DNA of 64,000 nucleotides from Pseudomonadota bacterium (GCA_018970485.1 JAGWWH010000001.1:7137-71136), one strand, 5' to 3'; shown: positions 51,711-62,346, numbered from the stretch's first letter. The notes: a model not told the origin generated them from the sequence alone. Made by a program: numbers and translations.

Positions 51711-54392
51711 TTAAATTTTAGATATTTTTTGGTCATTCAAACTCTTCCAAACAAATTCGGTAGTGAATGGAAGTAGCGGTGCCGCGGTTTCGCACATATT
51801 TACTAAAACAGTGTAAAGCACGTCGTAAGCTTCTTGCTTATCTTGATCAAGTTCGCCTTTCCAAAAACGCTGACGATTACGACGAATGTACCAATTATTC
51901 AGCGCTTCAAAAAATTGATTAAACTCTTCGCAGGCAATTACCGTGTCATAGTTTTGCATTGCCTCATCAATCTTAGAAACCGCTGTCTTTAGCTTGGCTA
52001 AAATGTAGCGATCCAAAATGCTGCTTAAATCTTTTTTAAATTCGATGCGCTGAGCTTTGATTCCATCGGCATTGGCGTAAAGACAGAAGAAGTTGAAGGC
52101 GTTGATCAAAGGCTTGATCGACAAACGTAAGCAATCGCGAATTGCCTTTCCATCTTTGTCGATGCGCAGTTCTTGTCCACGCATCACCGGTTGCGAAATC
52201 ATGTAAAAGCGCATGGCGTCTGAGCCGAGGCTTGAAAAAATTTCGAGTGGATCTGCGTAATTTCGCAAACGCTTAGAAAGTTTTTGTGATTTCTCATCCA
52301 AGATTGTGCCGTGGCAAATGACGTTTTTAAACGGTGCGCGATCAAAAAGCGCGGTCGACAAAACAAAGAGCGTGTAAAACCAACCGCGAGTTTGCGCGAC
52401 ATATTCGGTGATGAAATCCGCCGGAAAATTTTCCTCAAACCATTCTTTATTTTCGAAAGGGTAGTGCACTTGCGCGTAAGGCATCGAACCCGATTCAAAC
52501 CAGCAATCAAGCACATCGGTGACACGTTTGTAAGTTTCGCCATTTTCAACAAAAGTGATGTTGTCGATGAAAGGGCGATGCAGATTCTCGATTTTTTGTC
52601 CGGAAACTTTTTCTAAATCAGCGACAGATCCAAACACACGAATCTTCCCCGTTTCACTTTTCCAAACCGGCACCGGACAGCCCCAGAAGCGGTTGCGCGT
52701 GATTGACCAATCGCGAGCGCCTTCCAGCCATTTACCAAATTGTCCGTCTTTGATGTGGTTCGGGATCCAGTTTACGCCTTGGTTTAACTCAACCATACGA
52801 TCTTTGAAATCGGTGACGCGCACATACCAAGAAGACACGGCTTTGTAGATTAGCGGAGTGTCTGTGCGCCAGCAGTGTGGGTAGTTGTGGAGATATTGTT
52901 CAGTTTTAAGCCAGGCGCATGTTGCTTTGAGGTATTTGATGATGTCGTCATTGGTTTCAAAAACTTGGCGACCTTTGAGTGCGAGAGTTAAATCCTCCGT
53001 CGCACTTCCTGCGCCACCTCCTTTTTCAAAGGAGACTTGGCCCTCTTTGGAAAAGAGGGAAGGAGACTCGTTGGCGTCGGAAGGGTGATTTAAATCAAAA
53101 ATCTCGGACGTGAACTTGCCACCTTCATCAACCGGGCAAAGAGTTGGAATTCCGTTCGCTTTGCAAAGTAATTGGTCATCTTCACCGAAACCTGGAGCGA
53201 GGTGAACGATGCCAGTTCCTTCTTCTGTTGAAACGAAATCGCCGTGAAGAACTACGAAAGAATTTTTGGTTTTTTCGACAAGGTAAGGGAAGAGGGGTTT
53301 GTATTTTAGTTCATTTAGTAAAACCCTACCGCCAAAAACATTAATTGCTTCGTAACCAGAATATTCTGAAGAAAGTTTTGAAGATTTTAATTCAGAGATC
53401 ATTCGCTCTCTTTCCGCGTTAAATTCTTCTGCATCTAACCATCCAGATCCTGGAATTTTGATTCCTTTGTTTAGTGAAGAAACAGATTGGATTAGAACTT
53501 CATCCTCTTTTTCTAAGGCTGCATAAGATATGTTTTCACCAATCGCCAAACCTAAGTTTGAAGGCAAAGTCCAAGGAGTTGTGGTCCACGCAACTAAGAA
53601 AACTTTTTTGCCGTTGTATCCAAGTTTTTTTGCACTTTCCTCAGTTAATTCAAACTTCACCGTCACCGCCTTACTAGCCTTCTGCCTGTAAGAATTATCC
53701 ATCCTCGTTTCAAAGTTCGACAAAGGTGTCTGACAAGCCCAAGAGTAAGGCACGACGCGGAAATCTTCGTAGAGCAAACCTTTTTCAAAAAGCTGATTAA
53801 ACGCCCAAATCACTGATTCCATGTAGCTCAAATCCATCGTTTTGTAGCTATTTTTGAAATCGACGAAACGGCCTTGGCGCGTGACGTAATTCTCCCAATC
53901 ATCGGCATATTTCATCACCGACTTGCGGCAAGAATCGTTAAATTTTTCGATGCCATATTCTTGAATCGCGATTTGCCCAGAAACGCCGAGTTCTTTTTCA
54001 ACTTCCATTTCCACCGGCAAGCCGTGCGTATCCCAGCCGAAACGACGTTCAACTTTTTTGCCTTTCATGGTTTGGTAACGCGCGACTAAATCTTTGATGA
54101 AGCCCGTAAGCAAGTGGCCGTAGTGTGGAAGGCCGTTGGCGAAAGGAGGGCCGTCGTAGAAGACGAATTCATGCTTGGTGTTTGCTGCTTCGTGGCGACA
54201 GTTTGTGTGATCTTTGAGGGCGCAGGGATTAAGGATTGGGGAGACGTTGTCTTCATCCAAATCGTTAGAAAAATTTCTGCTCTCAACAGATTTTTCGAAA
54301 ACTTTTTGTTCTTGCCAAAAACGCAGGATTTCTTCCTCCATCTTAGCGAAATCAAGATTTTGATTCGCTTCCGGGTAATATTTTTGTTTCAT
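51711..54392 (-). CDS. ileS: Isoleucine--tRNA ligase, class 2 type, C-terminally short
   Basis: FYDGPPFANGLPHYGH, WTTTPWTLP, GTGIVH.AP, QTRGWFY, KLSKR. Confidence 0.96.
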   Translation of the reverse strand: MKQKYYPEANQNLDFAKMEEEILRFWQEQKVFEKSVESRNFSNDLDEDNVSPILNPCALKDHTNCRHEAANTKHEFVFYDGPPFANGLPHYGHLLTGFIKDLVARYQTMKGKKVERRFGWDTHGLPVEMEVEKELGVSGQIAIQEYGIEKFNDSCRKSVMKYADDWENYVTRQGRFVDFKNSYKTMDLSYMESVIWAFNQLFEKGLLYEDFRVVPYSWACQTPLSNFETRMDNSYRQKASKAVTVKFELTEESAKKLGYNGKKVFLVAWTTTPWTLPSNLGLAIGENISYAALEKEDEVLIQSVSSLNKGIKIPGSGWLDAEEFNAERERMISELKSSKLSSEYSGYEAINVFGGRVLLNELKYKPLFPYLVEKTKNSFVVLHGDFVSTEEGTGIVHLAPGFGEDDQLLCKANGIPTLCPVDEGGKFTSEIFDLNHPSDANESPSLFSKEGQVSFEKGGGAGSATEDLTLALKGRQVFETNDDIIKYLKATCAWLKTEQYLHNYPHCWRTDTPLIYKAVSSWYVRVTDFKDRMVELNQGVNWIPNHIKDGQFGKWLEGARDWSITRNRFWGCPVPVWKSETGKIRVFGSVADLEKVSGQKIENLHRPFIDNITFVENGETYKRVTDVLDCWFESGSMPYAQVHYPFENKEWFEENFPADFITEYVAQTRGWFYTLFVLSTALFDRAPFKNVICHGTILDEKSQKLSKRLRNYADPLEIFSSLGSDAMRFYMISQPVMRGQELRIDKDGKAIRDCLRLSIKPLINAFNFFCLYANADGIKAQRIEFKKDLSSILDRYILAKLKTAVSKIDEAMQNYDTVIACEEFNQFFEALNNWYIRRNRQRFWKGELDQDKQEAYDVLYTVLVNMCETAAPLLPFTTEFVWKSLNDQKISKI
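52989..53094. repeat. Palindromic repeat family C pair in-frame in ileS
   Basis: TAAATCCTCCGTCGCAC..CCTCCTTTTTCAAAGGAG and CCCTCTTTGGAAAAGAGGG..GGGTGATTTAAA. Confidence 0.88.
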
Positions 54393-54477
54393 TTTTATTT
54401 TTTTCTTTGGGGAAAAATTGACTTACAGCTAGGCCAGAATTACAACGCGCGCCCCTCAATTTTGCTACAGATTTCTA

Positions 54478-55722
54478 ATGAAAAAATTACGAATCGGTCT
54501 TGCCGGACTGGGCGTTGTCGGTCGCGGCGTTTATGAAATTATTCAAAAAGATTCAAAATTATTAACTCTACGAACCCAAGTAGAGCTTGAGATCGTCGCC
54601 GTTTCTGCGCGCACGAAAAAAGATTTTCTTGAGCCAAAAATTAAGTTTTATGCGAGCGCAATTGATCTCGCGAATGATCCAGAAATCGATGTTATAGTTG
54701 AAGTGATCGGCGGTGATGGAGTCGCAAAAGATCTGATCGAAACCGCAATCAAGAATGGTAAAAAAATCGTTACCGCCAACAAAGCTTTGCTCGCAATCCA
54801 CGGATTTGAATTGGCAAAATTAGTCGAAAAATATCAAAGCTGCATTGGCTTTGAGGCCTCAGTGGCAGGAGCTACGCCAGCAATTAAAACTGCAAAAGAA
54901 AATCTCGCCGGCAATCAAATCAAAGAAATTCACGCTATTTTAAACGGCACTTCGAACTTCATTTTAACCAAGATGAAAGAAGAAAATTTGGATTTCTCTT
55001 TGGCGCTAAAACAAGCGCAAGAGTTAGGCTACGCTGAAGCTGATCCTTCCTCTGATATCAAGGGATTAGACACTGCGCATAAAATTATTTTACTCGCCGC
55101 AATTGCTTTTGGCAGTAAGCCAAATTTTGCTAAAACTTACATCGAAGGCATTGACGAAATTTCGATCGACGACATCAAACTTGCTGACGAATTCGGTTAC
55201 AAAATCAAATTACTCGCAACTGCGAAGTCAGGCCAGCAAACGGTTTATCCAGCTTTAATTAAAAAATCTGAGCAAGTCGCGCAAGTTGACGGCGCCTTTA
55301 ATGCAATTCTTTTTAACGCATCAAATGCCGGACAAAGTTTGATCGTAGGACTCGGCGCTGGAAGCGTTCCAACAGCTTCAGCAATAGTTTCGGACCTAGT
55401 TGATATTGCGCGAGAAAATCAAACATTTTTGTTTGGAGTGAAAAGAGAAGATCTTGTTGAAAGCAGTATTGGCGATATTTCGCAGCGTATTGGTAAATAT
55501 TTTTTACGCCTCTTTATCAATAAAAATTCTGGCGCAGAGAAAATTTTTGACGGCAAAATAAAAATAGAGCAGGCCGCATTTTTTGAGCGCGGTGATGAAA
55601 TTTTATGTGGATTTCTAACTGGCGAACAAAAAGAAAGTGAACTCGATGAAGCCTTGAAAAATCTTGATCCAGCACTGGTTCAGTCAGCAAAATTTATTCG
55701 AGTTGAAACAACTAATTTTTAA
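54478..55722 (+). CDS. hom: Homoserine dehydrogenase
   Basis: GLGVVG, VTANKA, FEASVAG, LNGTSNFIL, GYAEADP. Confidence 0.95.
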   Translation: MKKLRIGLAGLGVVGRGVYEIIQKDSKLLTLRTQVELEIVAVSARTKKDFLEPKIKFYASAIDLANDPEIDVIVEVIGGDGVAKDLIETAIKNGKKIVTANKALLAIHGFELAKLVEKYQSCIGFEASVAGATPAIKTAKENLAGNQIKEIHAILNGTSNFILTKMKEENLDFSLALKQAQELGYAEADPSSDIKGLDTAHKIILLAAIAFGSKPNFAKTYIEGIDEISIDDIKLADEFGYKIKLLATAKSGQQTVYPALIKKSEQVAQVDGAFNAILFNASNAGQSLIVGLGAGSVPTASAIVSDLVDIARENQTFLFGVKREDLVESSIGDISQRIGKYFLRLFINKNSGAEKIFDGKIKIEQAAFFERGDEILCGFLTGEQKESELDEALKNLDPALVQSAKFIRVETTNF

Positions 55723-55779
55723 CACCCTTCGACAAGCTCAGGGTGACACGAGTCATGCTGAGCCCGTCGAAGCATGACG
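55723..55779. repeat. REP family B dimer between hom and glyS
   Basis: CACCCTTCGACAAGCTCAGGGTGAC..GTCATGCTGAGCCCGTCGAAGCATGAC. Confidence 0.88.
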
Positions 55780-55793
55780 TAATTTTATCCCCA

Positions 55794-57908
55794 ATGTCAG
55801 ATTTTATTTTTGAAATTTTCAGCGAAGAGGTTCCTGCTAAAATGCAGAAAGCGGCAGCGGAAAATTTTATTAAAATTGCCTGTGAAGTTTTTACTAAAAA
55901 TAATCTTCAATTTACCTCGGCGCATGTTCAGGCTTTGGTCACACCACGTCGTTTGGCGCTTTTGGTTGGTGATTTAAGATTCACCCAAACTCTTCCTTCG
56001 GTTAAGCGAGTTGGCCCAAAAGTTAATGCCGATAAAAAGGCGATTGCTGGTTTTTTAAAATCAACCGGATTGCAAGATGAGTCGCAGCTCGAGCAAATTG
56101 ACGGCTCATTTGTTTTTGTGAGTAAAGCTTCAGAAATTTCCACCAACGAAATTATCAAAAATTCCTTGCCGCAGATTTTGCAAAAAATGGTCGGCACTTG
56201 GCCAAAATTGATGCGCTGGGATGATTCTGGAGTTAAATGGATTAGGCCGATTAGAAATATTTTATCTCTGTTCGATCAAGAAATAATCGATGTTGAATTT
56301 GCTGGAATCAAAGCGAGTAATTTATCTGGATCCATTGAAATCAAGGCCGCGTGGGATTACAAAGAAATCCTTCAAGAAAATTTAATCATTGTTGATCAGC
56401 AAAAAAGGAAGAAAAAAATTTTAGAGCAAATCGCAAAAGTTACCGAAGATTTAGATCTAATCACGATTGATGATCCCGAAAAATCTTCACTTTTTGACGA
56501 GGTTAATGGGCTTTGCGAATGGCCACTAGTGTTGGTTGGATCAATTGATGAGAGGTTCTTAAATTTACCTGATGAGGCCTTAATTTTAACTTTACGTAAT
56601 AACCAAAAATATTTTTGTCTGAATGACAAAAATGGTAATTTATCGACTAAGTTTATTTTTGTTGCCAATGGCTCTGGTGATGCAAAAAAAATTATTAGCG
56701 ACAATGAAAAGTTAGTTCGTGCGCGCTTGTCGGATGTTGAATTTTTTATTCAGGAAGATTTGAAGAGGCCTTTGATATCAAGGCTCGACGAACTAAAGAA
56801 AATAATATTCCACCAAAAATTAGGTTCGGTTTTTGATCGGGTTAGTCGCTTAAAAACTCTAACTAAGTTTCTTGCCGTTTTTGTTCCGAATTCTGATTTA
56901 AATTTCTCTGAAAGAGCGGCAGATTTGTGTAAAGCTGATTTGGCTACGAAAGCTGTTGGAGAGTTGCCGGAGCTTCAAGGAAAGATTGGTAGTTTTTATG
57001 CGCTAAAACAAGGCGAAGACAAAAAAACAATCGCGGCAATTTACGAACATTATTTGCCACTTGGTCCTAATTCAGATTTACCAAAAACAGCGCTGGGTAT
57101 TTCACTTTCGATCTCAGATAAAATTGATCTGATTGTTGGATTTTTCTTGGCTGGCGAAAAGCCAACAAGTTCACGAGACCCATATGGTTTGCGTCGTGCG
57201 GTTTTGGGAATTATTAGAATTAGCCACACCAACAATATTGCTTTTCCGATTCGGGTTTTGGTCGAGAAATCTTTTACCTCTTATCCGATAAAACTCACAA
57301 AAAGTCTTTTAGAAGAAGGAGAGCGGGGTTTCTTCATTCAAAAGAAGAAAATCATTGAAGAGGTAATTATTTTCATCGTCGAAAGGTTGAAAGTTTATCT
57401 AAAAGAAAACGAAAAACTTAAAGCTGATGTAGTTAATACTGTAATCGATCAATATCTCTCAGACCTTGATGCACATAAGTCGGTAGACATTCTCTACCTT
57501 GCTAAAAAAATAAAATTTTTGGATGAGATTGTGAAAGATGAGAATCACAAAAACCTGATCGCGCTTTATAGAAGATCGGTAAATATTTTGATGATTGAGG
57601 AAAAAAAAGATGGAAAAACTTACAGCGGCAAGCCTTCGCGCCTATCCTTTAAAACAAAATATGAATTAGCTCTTTACAAACGAGTTAAGCAAATTTCTGG
57701 CGATTTCTATAAGCTGGTAACAAAGGGCGAATTCTCTTCAGCGTTTCAATTACTGGATATCTTAGAAATTCCCCTCACGCATTTTTTTGCCAATGTGATG
57801 GTTAATGATGAAAACAAGGATCTGCGCGATAATAGGCTGTTGCTGCTTTCGTCTATTCGTGATTTGTTTGATGAGATGGGTGATTTGTCGAAGATTGAGA
57901 TTGGTTAG
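55794..57908 (+). CDS. glyS: Glycine--tRNA ligase beta subunit
   Basis: FEIFSEEVP, TPRRL, WIRPI, VGELPELQG, SSRDPYGLRR; start at MSDFIFE. Confidence 0.95.
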   Translation: MSDFIFEIFSEEVPAKMQKAAAENFIKIACEVFTKNNLQFTSAHVQALVTPRRLALLVGDLRFTQTLPSVKRVGPKVNADKKAIAGFLKSTGLQDESQLEQIDGSFVFVSKASEISTNEIIKNSLPQILQKMVGTWPKLMRWDDSGVKWIRPIRNILSLFDQEIIDVEFAGIKASNLSGSIEIKAAWDYKEILQENLIIVDQQKRKKKILEQIAKVTEDLDLITIDDPEKSSLFDEVNGLCEWPLVLVGSIDERFLNLPDEALILTLRNNQKYFCLNDKNGNLSTKFIFVANGSGDAKKIISDNEKLVRARLSDVEFFIQEDLKRPLISRLDELKKIIFHQKLGSVFDRVSRLKTLTKFLAVFVPNSDLNFSERAADLCKADLATKAVGELPELQGKIGSFYALKQGEDKKTIAAIYEHYLPLGPNSDLPKTALGISLSISDKIDLIVGFFLAGEKPTSSRDPYGLRRAVLGIIRISHTNNIAFPIRVLVEKSFTSYPIKLTKSLLEEGERGFFIQKKKIIEEVIIFIVERLKVYLKENEKLKADVVNTVIDQYLSDLDAHKSVDILYLAKKIKFLDEIVKDENHKNLIALYRRSVNILMIEEKKDGKTYSGKPSRLSFKTKYELALYKRVKQISGDFYKLVTKGEFSSAFQLLDILEIPLTHFFANVMVNDENKDLRDNRLLLLSSIRDLFDEMGDLSKIEIG

Positions 57909-57910
57909 TT

Positions 57911-58318
57911 TTAACCACCTTGGCCTTGTCCACCACCTCCAAGACCAGCTCCGATACCTTGCGAGCGTGCTTCGTTGGTGAGGTTTGATAGGTTAGTTTG
58001 TTTGATTTCGCTGCCAGTAACATCTTGTAAAGGTCCCAACCCATTCTTTTCAGCCTGAGGAGTTACCATGTAGTTAGTAGCTTGCTCCATTTGTTCATTT
58101 GGTATTTGACCCAAAGCCCCTGGATTTAATGATCTAAACAGACTATCGGCACTTGCTGCTGGTAGTGGCGTAGAAATTCCTTCGCTAGCAATAACGCCGT
58201 CAATACTCGCACCTTCAAATGGTAACATTTTTCCATTTCCTTGTTGACCTCCAGAAATTCCCTGGGCTTGAGTCGGGTGATTATCGCTCATTGCAAATAG
58301 CTCTTCGGCGGAAGCCAT
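57911..58318 (-). CDS. Gly/Gln-rich hypothetical protein
   Basis: 135-aa ORF 11 bp downstream of maeB on the same strand. Confidence 0.6.
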   Translation of the reverse strand: MASAEELFAMSDNHPTQAQGISGGQQGNGKMLPFEGASIDGVIASEGISTPLPAASADSLFRSLNPGALGQIPNEQMEQATNYMVTPQAEKNGLGPLQDVTGSEIKQTNLSNLTNEARSQGIGAGLGGGGQGQGG

Positions 58319-58329
58319 AAATTTGGTAA

Positions 58330-60606
58330 TTATTTAGTTTGCGAACCAACAGCTGCGATTGCTGCCATGTTCAAAATATCATTGATCGAAGATCTCATTG
58401 TCACGATTTGAACAGATTTTTCGAAGCCATCCAAAATCGGGCCAATCACGGTGCAATTGCCGACTTCTTCTAAAAGTTTTGTCGCGATGCTTGCTGAGTG
58501 TAAGCCTGGGCAGATCAAGATATTCGCTGGAGCGGTTAAGCGGCAGAAAGGATATTTCGACATTTTGTCCATGTTTAAAGCCACGTCAGCAGTCATTTCG
58601 CCGTCATATTCGAAATCAACTTTCATACCGTCGAGAAGTTCAACCGCGTATTTAACTCGTGACGATTCTGCCTTTAGAGCTGAACCAAAATTCGAAAAAG
58701 AAAGGAAGGCAACTCTTGGTTCGTAGCCCATTCCGCGTACTTTCGCTGCGGTTTGAATTGCGATTTTTACGAGATGCTCGGACGAAGAAAGTTCAGAGCA
58801 GGCGGTGTCGGAGATAAAAATTGTACGATTTTTCGAAATCACCATAGATACACCAAGAAGAATTTTATCCTTCTTATTTTTGATTACTTGCCACACATCA
58901 GTCATTGTTTTGCGATAGCCACGAGTCAAGCCAGTCACCAGCGCGTCACCATGTCCGCAAGCAAGCATTGAAGCAGCAAAGACGTTGCGATCATTGTTGA
59001 TCATGCGCGCGCAATCAGAACGAAGAACGCCGTTACGTTGTAATTTCTTGTAGAGGTAATCGGTGAATTTGCTGTTTTCGTCAGAGATCGAAGCGTTGTA
59101 AATCTCGATGCCTTTTGGATCGACATTAGCTTCTTTCATGTTTTCCAAAATACGCTTTTCTTTACCGATCAAGATTGGCTTGCCGTAGCCAGAATCGCGC
59201 CACATTGCAGCAACACGGATGATTTCAGGTTGCTCACCTTCAGCAAAAATTACTTTTTTTGGAGATCTTTCGAGTTTCTCGAAAATCATGCCAAGGCTGT
59301 TTACTGTAGGATCGCGACGGGCTTGTAATTCTCTTTTGTAAGCATCCCAATCTTTGATCGGTTTACGTGCGACGCCAGTTTCAACTGCAGCTTTGGCAAC
59401 CGCCATCGGAACTACGTGAATCAATCGTGAATCGAACGGGGTAGGGATAATGTAATGTTTGCCAAACTTCATGTCTTGGCGGCCGTAAGCCTTGATCACT
59501 TCTTCAGGAACGTGCTCGCGCGCTAGTTCTGCGATTGCTTTTGCGGCGGCGATTTTCATTTCTTCGTTGATCGTTGAAGCGCGGACATCAAGAGCGCCAC
59601 GGAAAATGTAAGGAAAACCCATTACGTTATTCACTTGGTTTTCGTAATCCGAACGGCCTGTAGCAACGATCGCGTCATCACGAGTAGCGTGAACTTCTTC
59701 TGGAGTGATTTCTGGATCTGGATTGGCCATGGCGAAAATCACAGGATTTTTCGCCATTGATTTAACCATCGCTTTTGTCACCGCACCTTTAACTGAAAGG
59801 CCTAAAAACACATCAGCACCTTTCATCGCTTCTTCTAATGTGCGTAATTTTGTGTCAACGGCGTGAGCTGATTTCCATTGATTCATACCGTCTGTACGAC
59901 CTTTGTAAATCACGCCTTTAGTGTCGCAGAGTAGGGCGTTATTGTGCGGAAGACCCATTGCTTTTAAGAGCTCCAAGCAAGCGATACCTGCAGCGCCAGC
60001 GCCATTTACGACAACTTTAATGTCTTTAAATTTTTTGTTCGCGAGATGCAGAACGTTGATAATACCGGCTGCAGAGATGATTGCAGTTCCGTGTTGGTCA
60101 TCGTGAAAAACTGGAATATCCATGATTTCGCGCAACTTGCTTTCGATGATGAAGCACTCAGGAGCCTTGATGTCTTCTAGGTTAATGCCACCCCAAGTTG
60201 GCCCGAGAAATTTAACGGCATTGATGAATTCATCGGTATTTTCTGTGGCAACTTCAATATCGACTGAATCGATGTCGGCGAAGCGTTTAAACAAAACTGA
60301 TTTTCCTTCCATCACTGGCTTGCCGGCAAGAGCACCTAGATTTCCGAGTCCAAGAACTGCCGTGCCGTTTGAAATCACCGCAACGTAATTTCCTTTTGCA
60401 GTGTAGTCGTAAGCGAGGTCAGGATTTTTTTGAATCTCCAAGCAAGGAATTGCAACTCCCGGGGAATAAGCCAAAGCCAAATCACGTTGAGTATTAAGAG
60501 GCTTGGTGGCATGCATAGCAACCTTTCCTGGCTGTCCTTGCATGTGAAATTGCAATGCTTCAAGTTCTTTTGAAGTTCTTGTTACTGCGTTTTTTTTTGT
60601 AGCCAT
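58330..60606 (-). CDS. maeB: NADP-dependent malic enzyme (PTA-fused)
   Basis: LAYSPGVA, HDDQHGT, GAGAAG, TGRSDY.NQVNN, PTA-like C-terminal domain. Confidence 0.96.
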   Translation of the reverse strand: MATKKNAVTRTSKELEALQFHMQGQPGKVAMHATKPLNTQRDLALAYSPGVAIPCLEIQKNPDLAYDYTAKGNYVAVISNGTAVLGLGNLGALAGKPVMEGKSVLFKRFADIDSVDIEVATENTDEFINAVKFLGPTWGGINLEDIKAPECFIIESKLREIMDIPVFHDDQHGTAIISAAGIINVLHLANKKFKDIKVVVNGAGAAGIACLELLKAMGLPHNNALLCDTKGVIYKGRTDGMNQWKSAHAVDTKLRTLEEAMKGADVFLGLSVKGAVTKAMVKSMAKNPVIFAMANPDPEITPEEVHATRDDAIVATGRSDYENQVNNVMGFPYIFRGALDVRASTINEEMKIAAAKAIAELAREHVPEEVIKAYGRQDMKFGKHYIIPTPFDSRLIHVVPMAVAKAAVETGVARKPIKDWDAYKRELQARRDPTVNSLGMIFEKLERSPKKVIFAEGEQPEIIRVAAMWRDSGYGKPILIGKEKRILENMKEANVDPKGIEIYNASISDENSKFTDYLYKKLQRNGVLRSDCARMINNDRNVFAASMLACGHGDALVTGLTRGYRKTMTDVWQVIKNKKDKILLGVSMVISKNRTIFISDTACSELSSSEHLVKIAIQTAAKVRGMGYEPRVAFLSFSNFGSALKAESSRVKYAVELLDGMKVDFEYDGEMTADVALNMDKMSKYPFCRLTAPANILICPGLHSASIATKLLEEVGNCTVIGPILDGFEKSVQIVTMRSSINDILNMAAIAAVGSQTK

Positions 60607-60628
60607 TGCTTGTTAAATAAAATTGAGT

Positions 60629-60681
60629 GTCACCATTCGACAGGCTCATGGTGACCGTCACGCTGAGCCTGTCGAAGCGTG
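60629..60681. repeat. REP family B dimer between maeB and the amidase
   Basis: GTCACCATTCGACAGGCTCATGGTGAC CGTCACGCTGAGCCTGTCGAAGCGTG. Confidence 0.85.
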
Positions 60682-60729
60682 GCAGTATTGAAGCGGAAAC
60701 GTATTTTCTAAAATTGTAATGTCAAAAAA

Positions 60730-61395
60730 ATGATTTTGATCGATCGCAGTAAAAAATTTTCTGAGTTTTTCGAGTCAAAAATAAAGCCGAGAAAGATCGA
60801 ATTTTTAGTTCTTCATCACATCGAGGCAAAATCTTTAGAGCATGCGATTGAGCAGCTTTGCGAGCATCAAGTTAGTTCGCATTTTTTGATCGATGAAATT
60901 GGAAATATCTTTGAATTGGTCGACGAAAATGACGTCGCTTATCATGCCGGAGTCAGCTACTGGCGCGGCGTTGACGGCTTAAATCAAACTTCAATTGGCA
61001 TCGAATTTATTAATTCTGCACCCTTCGAAAAAAAGTTCGAAACCACTCAGATGCAAGCCGGCCTTGAGCTCTGCCAATATCTGATCACAAAATACAAAAT
61101 CGCCGCAGAAAATATAGTAGGCCATTCCGATATCGCCTACAGCAAAGAAACTGGCTTGCCGGATCGCAAACAAGATCCTTCGTATTTATTCGATTGGAGA
61201 TTTTTAGAGCAAAATGGCGTTGGAATTTTTCCTAAATTTTCTCTTGATGTTTCAAGTAAAGAAAAGGTGCTCGAATTGAAACAAAACTTAAAAAAATTTG
61301 GTTACAGAGTGATAAATTTGAATGATGATTTTGACCAAGAGTTGCAGGCTTTGATTAGGGTTGTTAAGAGAAGATTTTTTTTAACCAATTCTTGA
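60730..61395 (+). CDS. N-acetylmuramoyl-L-alanine amidase (Amidase_2, AmiD/AmpD-like)
   Basis: LVLHH, VSSHFLI, AYHAGVSYW, SIGIE, GHSDIA, RKQDP. Confidence 0.92.
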   Translation: MILIDRSKKFSEFFESKIKPRKIEFLVLHHIEAKSLEHAIEQLCEHQVSSHFLIDEIGNIFELVDENDVAYHAGVSYWRGVDGLNQTSIGIEFINSAPFEKKFETTQMQAGLELCQYLITKYKIAAENIVGHSDIAYSKETGLPDRKQDPSYLFDWRFLEQNGVGIFPKFSLDVSSKEKVLELKQNLKKFGYRVINLNDDFDQELQALIRVVKRRFFLTNS

Positions 61396-61464
61396 AAGCT
61401 TACTTTTTTCTTTGATTAGTTCGCCTTTGGTTATTTAGCATCACCTAAAATTTTTTATCTGAAA

Positions 61465-62346
61465 ATGAACAAAAAAACTCACAAAGCCTTTTCTCTGATT
61501 GAGATATCCATAGTAGTTATAGTGATTGGAGTCTTGATTGCTGGGGCCACGGGAGCTTCAGTCGTTGTTGATAAATCTCGAATTAGAGTGGCTAGAGCTT
61601 TAACAGAAAGTTCTCCAGTTTATGGAATTAGTGATCTAGAGCTTTGGCTTGAAACCACTTCAATAGCTAGTTTCAGGGCCGATGGGATAGAAAGCGGAAC
61701 TCAAATACAAAATTGGTATGAGATTGGACCTTCGATAATAAAGTCAACAGCTTCCGCTGGGAGTAAAGCTCAATATCAAAAAAGGGGGATTAACAATCTT
61801 CCCTCCCTGAGATTTGCTGCCTCTTACTACGTTATTTCAGCACCTTTTTTTAAATCACCTGCGCCAACTCTTTCGAATAATTATTCAATTTTTGTTGTTC
61901 TAAAAACGAATACTAGCACCAACAATCAATGGCTCTTTTATGCAAGACAAGGGACAGCAGCTTATCCAACTTACCCCTCTGTAGCATCAACTGGAATTAG
62001 AGTTGGAATTAATAGAATTGCTTTCACTTCTCATACCAACGGTGGTATGGGAGATTTTCTTTCTTATACAACACCTATGATTTCGAGCGACCGGACAAAT
62101 ATGATCGAGATGCAAATTAGAAATAAGGCGGGAATTCTTTATCTGAATGAAAAGCTTGTTGCAGCTTCGGGAGCGCAGAATTTTTCATACATGTTTCCAT
62201 CAAATTATATTGGTGGAAACTACACTGGAGGAGACTTAACCTTTAGTGGAGATATTGGAGAAATTATTATCTTCGGCAGAGTATTATCGAATGAAGAAAG
62301 GGCGGATTTAGGTAAATATTTGAAGAAGAAGTGGGGAATTAGTTAA
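61465..62346 (+). CDS. Prepilin N-methylation signal plus LamG-like domain protein (paralogue of 27436..28335)
   Basis: KAFSLIEISIV; LELWLETT, YIGG, FSGDIGEIIIFGRVLS, YLKKKWGI. Confidence 0.85.
   Translation: MNKKTHKAFSLIEISIVVIVIGVLIAGATGASVVVDKSRIRVARALTESSPVYGISDLELWLETTSIASFRADGIESGTQIQNWYEIGPSIIKSTASAGSKAQYQKRGINNLPSLRFAASYYVISAPFFKSPAPTLSNNYSIFVVLKTNTSTNNQWLFYARQGTAAYPTYPSVASTGIRVGINRIAFTSHTNGGMGDFLSYTTPMISSDRTNMIEMQIRNKAGILYLNEKLVAASGAQNFSYMFPSNYIGGNYTGGDLTFSGDIGEIIIFGRVLSNEERADLGKYLKKKWGIS

Noticed and set aside
55743-55793. N-terminal extension of GlyS (MTRVMLSPSKHD..)
   Set aside because: Derives from the REP dimer; the conserved GlyS start is the ATG at 55794
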